Shown one piece after another: positions 58,604 to 64,000 of a DNA stretch of 64,000 bases. Below the pieces are notes generated by a model. The model was not told the DNA's origin. It did no database searches and saw nothing but the letters and a program-made list of their open reading frames with translations. Within the stretch, counting starts at the first letter, position 1. Every line of letters starts with the position of its first letter. A program made the position numbers and the translations under genes. This DNA comes from Candidatus Bathyarchaeota archaeon (lineage in GTDB: Archaea; Thermoproteota; Bathyarchaeia; Bathyarchaeales; Bathycorpusculaceae): positions 992,001 to 1,056,000 of the forward strand of contig CAWHXY010000004.1 in the NCBI GenBank assembly GCA_963833575.1, written 5' to 3'.

Positions 58604-59527
58604 ATGACAAAAGCTGAGTTACTTTCAAAACTAGACGAAGAAGCTCTAAGAAAAATCGCAAAAAACGAAGAACTTTCTATTCCTAAAAACTATGGCAAAC
58701 GTGACCTTGTAAAATACTTAAACGGAATGTTGACTTTAGAGAAAATCAAAGAATACACCGCTGAAGTTTACGAAAAAGAAACCAAAAGAACAACAGTAAT
58801 CCATGAAACGATAAAAGAAAAGGGCATTAGAATTAAGGCAAAAGAAACAACGAAAATTAAGTTTGATAAGCTTGAGGTTATCCGTGAATTAACTCAAGAA
58901 GAAAAAATTGATTTATCTGTTTTAGACGATATTGCAAAAAACTTAGGGGAACCTGCTCCAAAAGGTAAAGGCTTTAGTCTTTATGATAAAATGAGCGATA
59001 AAATGCTTGATTATCTTAATCGAATTTTTGTTAAGAAAGAATCAGAAGGGCATGGTTTATTTTTGGAATATAGAACTGCCAATTTTATCAAGTGTAAAAA
59101 TAAGAAAGTAAATCAAATAAGAATCCGAGTAAAACCATGTTTAGAAGTGAAACAGCTTGATGTAGTAGGTTTTGATTCCAAAGACATTCCCTTAGTTATG
59201 GCTGAATGCAAAGATACATCCGTTAAAGTTGACTATTTGGATAAATGGATAGAGAATACCAAAAGACTATTTGACTTTTCCAAAGGCATTTTGGAAGAAT
59301 CATTTTTTGTAACTTCTAAAAAATTGACTGAAGAATGTCTTAGGCATATTGAAACCCATAAAGATATTGATGCTAAAAGAGGTCAACTCAAAGTTGTTGG
59401 TGGATGGTTTGAAAGAGGAATAAATTATTTGAGTGATAATAGAGATTTGAATAAAAGTGGAAGAGTTTACCTTTCAATTTATGAGGTAAGACAAAACGAA
59501 TTTACTAAGGTTTTCCCAAAAAAATGA
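58604..59527 (+). CDS. PD-(D/E)xK restriction-endonuclease-like protein (element cargo)
   Basis: GLFLEY...QLDVVG...VMAECK pattern; N-terminal helix-extension-helix-like LRKIAKNEEL...KRDLV. Confidence 0.7.
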   Translation: MTKAELLSKLDEEALRKIAKNEELSIPKNYGKRDLVKYLNGMLTLEKIKEYTAEVYEKETKRTTVIHETIKEKGIRIKAKETTKIKFDKLEVIRELTQEEKIDLSVLDDIAKNLGEPAPKGKGFSLYDKMSDKMLDYLNRIFVKKESEGHGLFLEYRTANFIKCKNKKVNQIRIRVKPCLEVKQLDVVGFDSKDIPLVMAECKDTSVKVDYLDKWIENTKRLFDFSKGILEESFFVTSKKLTEECLRHIETHKDIDAKRGQLKVVGGWFERGINYLSDNRDLNKSGRVYLSIYEVRQNEFTKVFPKK

Positions 59528-59534
59528 GAAAGGA

Positions 59535-60053
59535 TTATTGAAAAGTTTTCCACAGAATTTCATTGTATTTATCTGTTAGTTTAAGGGCTTTCTTCAAGTC
59601 TTTTTTTAGAACGAGAATTGAAGAGTCAGGTTCGCCACCAATCTTTATGTCGTATTTGGGATCAATATAGTAAGGGATTTTATTTTTTTCTAAAATTTCA
59701 AGTATTTTCAGGTATGTTGCTTTGTTTTTAGGAATGCTCGTATCGATATTATCTTTGTTGATAAGTCTATCAAAGTCGTATTGATGCTCGAAAACATATT
59801 TTTCATCTGTTATTTGCATTGATGATGCTTCTGTCTCTTCTTTTTGTGGTTTGTTTGTGTCAACTGTCGGTAAGTCGAAACGGTTTGGTGCGCTTAGCCA
59901 TTCATCAACACTTCTAGCTTTAGGTGCTTTCAAACTTCTGTCTATGGCTTTTGCGTGGTCACTTCGATTAGCTTGAACCTTTCTTGCCCTTCTAATTTGA
60001 CTGCCATAAGAACCCTTAGGTTTACTTCTATAATTCAAACCAAACTGCCTCAA
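59535..60053 (-). CDS. Hypothetical protein (element cargo)
   Basis: 172-aa ORF with a basic N-terminal half; the TTG start lies at the inner edge of the right TIR. Confidence 0.55.
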   Translation of the reverse strand: MRQFGLNYRSKPKGSYGSQIRRARKVQANRSDHAKAIDRSLKAPKARSVDEWLSAPNRFDLPTVDTNKPQKEETEASSMQITDEKYVFEHQYDFDRLINKDNIDTSIPKNKATYLKILEILEKNKIPYYIDPKYDIKIGGEPDSSILVLKKDLKKALKLTDKYNEILWKTFQ

Positions 60054-60119
60054 TAGAAAAAATAGTCTATCCGATGAAATTTCACATGAACCCTAATCCG
60101 ATAGAGACTTCACAGAACC
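60050..60119 (-). repeat. Right terminal inverted repeat
   Basis: Reverse complement: GGTTCTGTGAAGTCTCTATCGGAT...TGTGAAATTTCATCGGATAGACTATTTTTTCTATTGA. Confidence 0.9.
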
Positions 60120-60253
60120 TGCAAAAACAATGGACTATTAATTCTGTTGAGTTTTTGATGTTTGCCTAATTTTAGTAGCTAAAACACAAGGGTTTTATTG
60201 TCAAGCTGCAATAGCGACTTACAATTGGAAGTAAATTTAGGTAAAGTGCGAGT

Positions 60254-61843
60254 TTGTCAGCAGATATAGCTCTCGTCCATGCGAACGTTAGGACCATGAA
60301 CCTAAATCAGCCTGTTGCTCAAGCAGTGGCTATTAAAGACACAAAAATCGTCAAAGTTGGTACAGACCAAGAGGTAAACCAGCTAATTGGCAGGGACACC
60401 AAAGTTATTAATTTAGACAAAAAAACTGTGATTCCAGGCTTAATTGACACTCACATTCACATCGCTGATTTTGGAAGATGTCTCTTATGGCTTGACTTAA
60501 CCAATGCAAAATCAATCAAGGAACTGCAAAACCTCTTAAAAAAGAAGGCAAAGCAAACACCTGCAAAAAAATGGATTATCGGTCGTGGCTGGAACCAAAA
60601 CCGATTCAAAGAAAAACGTTTACCTGACCTGTCAGACCTAGATAAGGTTGCACCTGATAACCCAGTAATTCTATATCATGAATCAGAAATGATTTGTGCT
60701 GTAAACAGCAATGCCATAGCTTTGGCTGGTATTAAAGAACAAACGGTTACGCTTTCAGGTGGAACAATAGACAAAAACGCCCATACTGGTAAACTAACGG
60801 GAATTTTACGAGATAGCGCCACAAATATAGTTTGGCAAGTGGTTCTTCAACCAACCTCTGATGAGTTGTCGGAGGCGACGGCTTTGGCTTGCCAAAAAAT
60901 TGCCGAAAATGGACTTACTAGCGTAAACTGGATAGTGCTCTTGGAAAATGAGCTTCCCATAATTCAGCGTTTGCATGCAGAGGGAAAGCTTCTAGTCAGG
61001 GTTAATGTGATATTGCCCGAGGCTCTTGTGAAAGAAACGGGGCGCTTCCAATCAACTGATCGCCTAATGCTCCATGTTGACGGCGTCTTTATTGCTGTAG
61101 ATGGGTACTTGGACTCCAAAACAGCTGCATTATCTGAGCCCTACAGCGATGACCCAGAGAGCATCGGCAAAATGCTTCTTGACAAAACAAAGTTGGCGGC
61201 TTCAATTGGGCAAGTTTTAGCATTGGGTCTTCAACCAGTTATACACGCCATGGGCGACAAAGCCGTGGATTTAGCGTTGACGATTATTGAGCAAAATTCA
61301 CAACAACCAAAAGGAAAACCCGTTCGTTTTCGCATTGAACAAGCCGCAGTTCTAAATCGAGCAATAATTGAACGTTTGAAAAAGCAGAATGTGGTTGTTT
61401 CTGTTCAACCCAAAGTGATTGCTACCGAATTTTCTGTTTGGTCAGCGACAACGCGTCTCGGTGTTAAGAGAGCTAAGTGGCTTCATCCGATCAAAACCCT
61501 TCTTAAAGAGGGCGTGAAGGTTGCTGGCGGTTCAGATTGCCCAATGGAGCCTTTAAACCCGTTTCTTGGGATGCAGGAAGCTGTACTAAGAGAGCATTTT
61601 CCTGAACAGCGCCTAAGCGTCGAAGAAGCCTTGCGTATGTACACGATTGATGCTGCCTACTGTTCAGGTGGGGAAAAGATTAAGGGATCAATTGAAGCGG
61701 GCAAGCTGGCGGATCTAACGGTTCTATCAGACGACCCATTGGCTATTAATACGAACAAAATTAAGGACGTTAAAGTAGAACTGACAATTATAAACGGGAA
61801 AATCGTTTATTCCAACCGACAACCTTATTCTAAAACTTATTGA
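60254..61843 (+). CDS. YtcJ-like amidohydrolase (Amidohydro_3)
   Basis: VIPGLIDTHIH, GRGWN, IHAMGD, GGSDCP, YTIDAAY, GSIEAGKLADL. Confidence 0.92.
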   Translation: MSADIALVHANVRTMNLNQPVAQAVAIKDTKIVKVGTDQEVNQLIGRDTKVINLDKKTVIPGLIDTHIHIADFGRCLLWLDLTNAKSIKELQNLLKKKAKQTPAKKWIIGRGWNQNRFKEKRLPDLSDLDKVAPDNPVILYHESEMICAVNSNAIALAGIKEQTVTLSGGTIDKNAHTGKLTGILRDSATNIVWQVVLQPTSDELSEATALACQKIAENGLTSVNWIVLLENELPIIQRLHAEGKLLVRVNVILPEALVKETGRFQSTDRLMLHVDGVFIAVDGYLDSKTAALSEPYSDDPESIGKMLLDKTKLAASIGQVLALGLQPVIHAMGDKAVDLALTIIEQNSQQPKGKPVRFRIEQAAVLNRAIIERLKKQNVVVSVQPKVIATEFSVWSATTRLGVKRAKWLHPIKTLLKEGVKVAGGSDCPMEPLNPFLGMQEAVLREHFPEQRLSVEEALRMYTIDAAYCSGGEKIKGSIEAGKLADLTVLSDDPLAINTNKIKDVKVELTIINGKIVYSNRQPYSKTY

Positions 61844-61884
61844 AACATCAAAAATGCTTAAACGAAAAAATGAATTAAGTAGGT

Positions 61885-63333
61885 CTACTTCATTTTTAGT
61901 AGTACTTTGATAGTTTTTTTAGGATTCCGCATAGCCCTTAAGACTTTGTATCTTGTGAAAGTCGGATTTGCCATGTTTGCCTTTATGCATAATTGCTGCA
62001 AGTCTTCAGCTGAGAATTGTGGTGTCTCAATCAGGGGTTCAGTTGCTGCCAGTGCATAATCACAAAAGCCTTCTTTTAGAAAACCGCCTTCTTTTGCTTG
62101 CTCGTAGAGTGCTGTTCCGTAAAGTGGCATAGCAATGCTAAATATGAGGCTATCAGCGCCTAAACGTCTAAGCTTATATGCAAACTTTATGGTTTCCTCG
62201 ATGTCTGCTTTGGTTTCACCAATTAAGCCGATAACAAAGAAGCAGCCAACTTTTATCCCTACTTTTTTGCATAAAACAACAGCTTGTTCCACACACTTCA
62301 AATCTAAATTCTTGCCAATAACATCATTTACAACTCGCTGCACACCTGATTCAGGTGCAACACGGATTTTTTTGGCACCAGCTTTCTTCATTTTTCGCAG
62401 TAGTGGTTCATCTAATGTGTCTGCTCTAACGCCGTTAGGTGTAAACCAATCAATATGCAAGCCTCGCTCAACAATTAAGTCGCAAATGTTAGCCATACGC
62501 TTTTTGTCGAGTGTCATGTTCTCATCATAAAAATCAATCTGCTTAATGCCATAAGTCTTCACTACGTGCTCCAATTCATCAACTACGTTTTTTGGGCTTC
62601 TGGCACGCCATTCTCTACCCCAAACAATACAGGTTGTGCAGAACACACAGCTGTAGGGGCAGCCTCTACTGGTAGTTACAATTGTCCACGGTTTACTTAT
62701 TTCGCCCCTTAACGGATTCTCCTTGACAGCTTCATTGTAAACTTTCATAGGAAGTAGATGTCTGGCAGGAAATGGCAAGGAATCCATGTCCTTAATTATT
62801 TCACGTTTAGCAGTGAGAACAGGTTTTCCATTCTGCCTGAAACCTAAACCATCTATGTCTGCAAGCTCTTGCTTGCCTGACTCGAGCGCATTAACGAGTT
62901 CAGAAACTGTATTTTCTGCTTCACCGATAACAACAAAATCTACGTTGGGCTCTGAAAGGCAAGCTTCGGGTCTGGCCGAAGGATGCTGTCCCATCAAAAT
63001 AACCGTAATCTTGCTATTAACTGATTTGACTGTAGAAACGACTTCAAACGCGGTCCTAGACCAACCTGAAAAAGGAATTTCAACGACCACAACATCACTT
63101 TTCCATTGGTTCACACGTTCTGCGATAGTTTGGGCACTTAAACCCACTCGATACTTGGTTTCATCCATTTCCACAAGATTTTTCCAGCCTTCCGTTGGAG
63201 CATCAATTATGCTGACACTGTGCTTTTTTTCTAAAACAGCGGCTACTGACGCTAGGACTATTGGTGGAAAAACGTTTGGTTTTCCCCATGCTTTAGGCTG
63301 AATCCTCGGTGGATTAATCAAGCAAATACGCAT
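61885..63333 (-). CDS. Cobalamin-binding (class B) radical SAM protein
   Basis: GQHPS, IGEAE, TSRGCPYSCVFC, FYDEN, TPNGVRAD, APESG. Confidence 0.93.
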   Translation of the reverse strand: MRICLINPPRIQPKAWGKPNVFPPIVLASVAAVLEKKHSVSIIDAPTEGWKNLVEMDETKYRVGLSAQTIAERVNQWKSDVVVVEIPFSGWSRTAFEVVSTVKSVNSKITVILMGQHPSARPEACLSEPNVDFVVIGEAENTVSELVNALESGKQELADIDGLGFRQNGKPVLTAKREIIKDMDSLPFPARHLLPMKVYNEAVKENPLRGEISKPWTIVTTSRGCPYSCVFCTTCIVWGREWRARSPKNVVDELEHVVKTYGIKQIDFYDENMTLDKKRMANICDLIVERGLHIDWFTPNGVRADTLDEPLLRKMKKAGAKKIRVAPESGVQRVVNDVIGKNLDLKCVEQAVVLCKKVGIKVGCFFVIGLIGETKADIEETIKFAYKLRRLGADSLIFSIAMPLYGTALYEQAKEGGFLKEGFCDYALAATEPLIETPQFSAEDLQQLCIKANMANPTFTRYKVLRAMRNPKKTIKVLLKMK

Positions 63334-63388
63334 GCAACAGGCACTTCTTAAAACACCAATACCCCAAAGCTTCGATTAAAACTTTGCA

Positions 63389-64000
63389 CTAAATAGGCAA
63401 AAAGAATAACCGCACAACTACGATGACACCAACACACAAAAGCCCCCACAAAACAATCGTAACATCCCGAATACGAAGGGCACCCAAAATCTTATCACCC
63501 GTCAAAGGTTCTAAACTATCTCCTAAAACGTATTGATCAGGCTTTTCTAACTGCACCCGCAACGCTCCAGCCATAGCCGCCATTGGCCAGCCATGGTTTC
63601 TGCTCGGGGTTTTCTTATGGTCTCGGTAAGCTACTCGCCAAGCGTTCTTCGCATCTTTTCTAAGGATTGCCGCTGCCACAATCATAAGCAACGCCGTTAA
63701 CCGTGTAGGTATGTAGTTAACAACTGTATCTAGATTTGCGCTAAACCATCCAGTATTGATGTGTTCCTTGTCTTTGAATCCCACCATGCCGTCAAGCGTG
63801 TTTACCGCTCGAAAAGCGATTGCTCCTGTAACTCCAAACAATGCGAAGGACATCATCGGCGATAGTTTGAAGTCAATTAAGTTTTCCGCCATTGACTCAA
63901 TAACTGCACTGCTAATTTGTGAGCCATTTAGGGTTCTAGAGTCTCTTCTTGAGAAGTGACTGTATTTTTTTGCCTCATCAAGATCGTTTGCTTTAATGGC
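63389..64000 (-). CDS. cbiB: Adenosylcobinamide-phosphate synthase, 3' part (start outside the window)
   Basis: Frame is open to the window edge (SAVIESMAENLID); FRAVNTLDGMVG, NYIPTRL, SRNHGWPMAAMAGAL. Confidence 0.93.
   Translation of the reverse strand, partial: AIKANDLDEAKKYSHFSRRDSRTLNGSQISSAVIESMAENLIDFKLSPMMSFALFGVTGAIAFRAVNTLDGMVGFKDKEHINTGWFSANLDTVVNYIPTRLTALLMIVAAAILRKDAKNAWRVAYRDHKKTPSRNHGWPMAAMAGALRVQLEKPDQYVLGDSLEPLTGDKILGALRIRDVTIVLWGLLCVGVIVVVRLFFLPI

Larger units (their letters stand above)
56493..60119 (+). mobile_element. IS6-like cargo-carrying transposable element (3627 bp)
   Basis: Both ends begin GGTTCTGTGAAGTCT (inverted) and extend imperfectly to about 65-70 bp. An 8-bp direct repeat TGCAAAAA flanks it (56485-56492 and 60120-60127). 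There is a central DDE transposase. Confidence 0.93.

Overview
Archaeal chromosomal window, most consistent with Bathyarchaeia. This is an inference from gene content: archaeal rps2/eno/mvk, an MtrH homolog, and many PQQ-type beta-propeller surface proteins and B12 radical SAM enzymes. 0-5.5 kb: housekeeping genes (UbiD-type mevalonate-pathway decarboxylase, mvk, MEMO1, rps2, eno). 5.5-15 kb: a fluoride riboswitch with crcB and DUF190, then a polyphosphate cluster (ppk2, ppx, CHAD-phosphoesterase-HD fusion, ppk1, CYTH). 16-23 kb: GPN GTPase, ridA, bacterial-type metK, htpX and a cinA-like gene. Interspersed here are five copies of an unexplained module: a 10-bp-period tandem array with a different unit in each copy, abutting a conserved CAACCWGYAA-N17-TCAAAAA block; one copy sits directly upstream of a small AbrB-like gene. 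23-64 kb: a large cobalamin/SAM-centred region with seven radical SAM genes, cbiZ, cbiB, MtrH plus a corrinoid protein, an orphan RnfD-ferredoxin fusion, two GT-C-like membrane proteins and three beta-propeller surface proteins. It is interrupted by a 3.6-kb cargo-carrying IS6-like element with long terminal inverted repeats and an 8-bp target-site duplication. No tRNA, rRNA or CRISPR array was seen. All calls come from reading motifs by eye; no database search was run.
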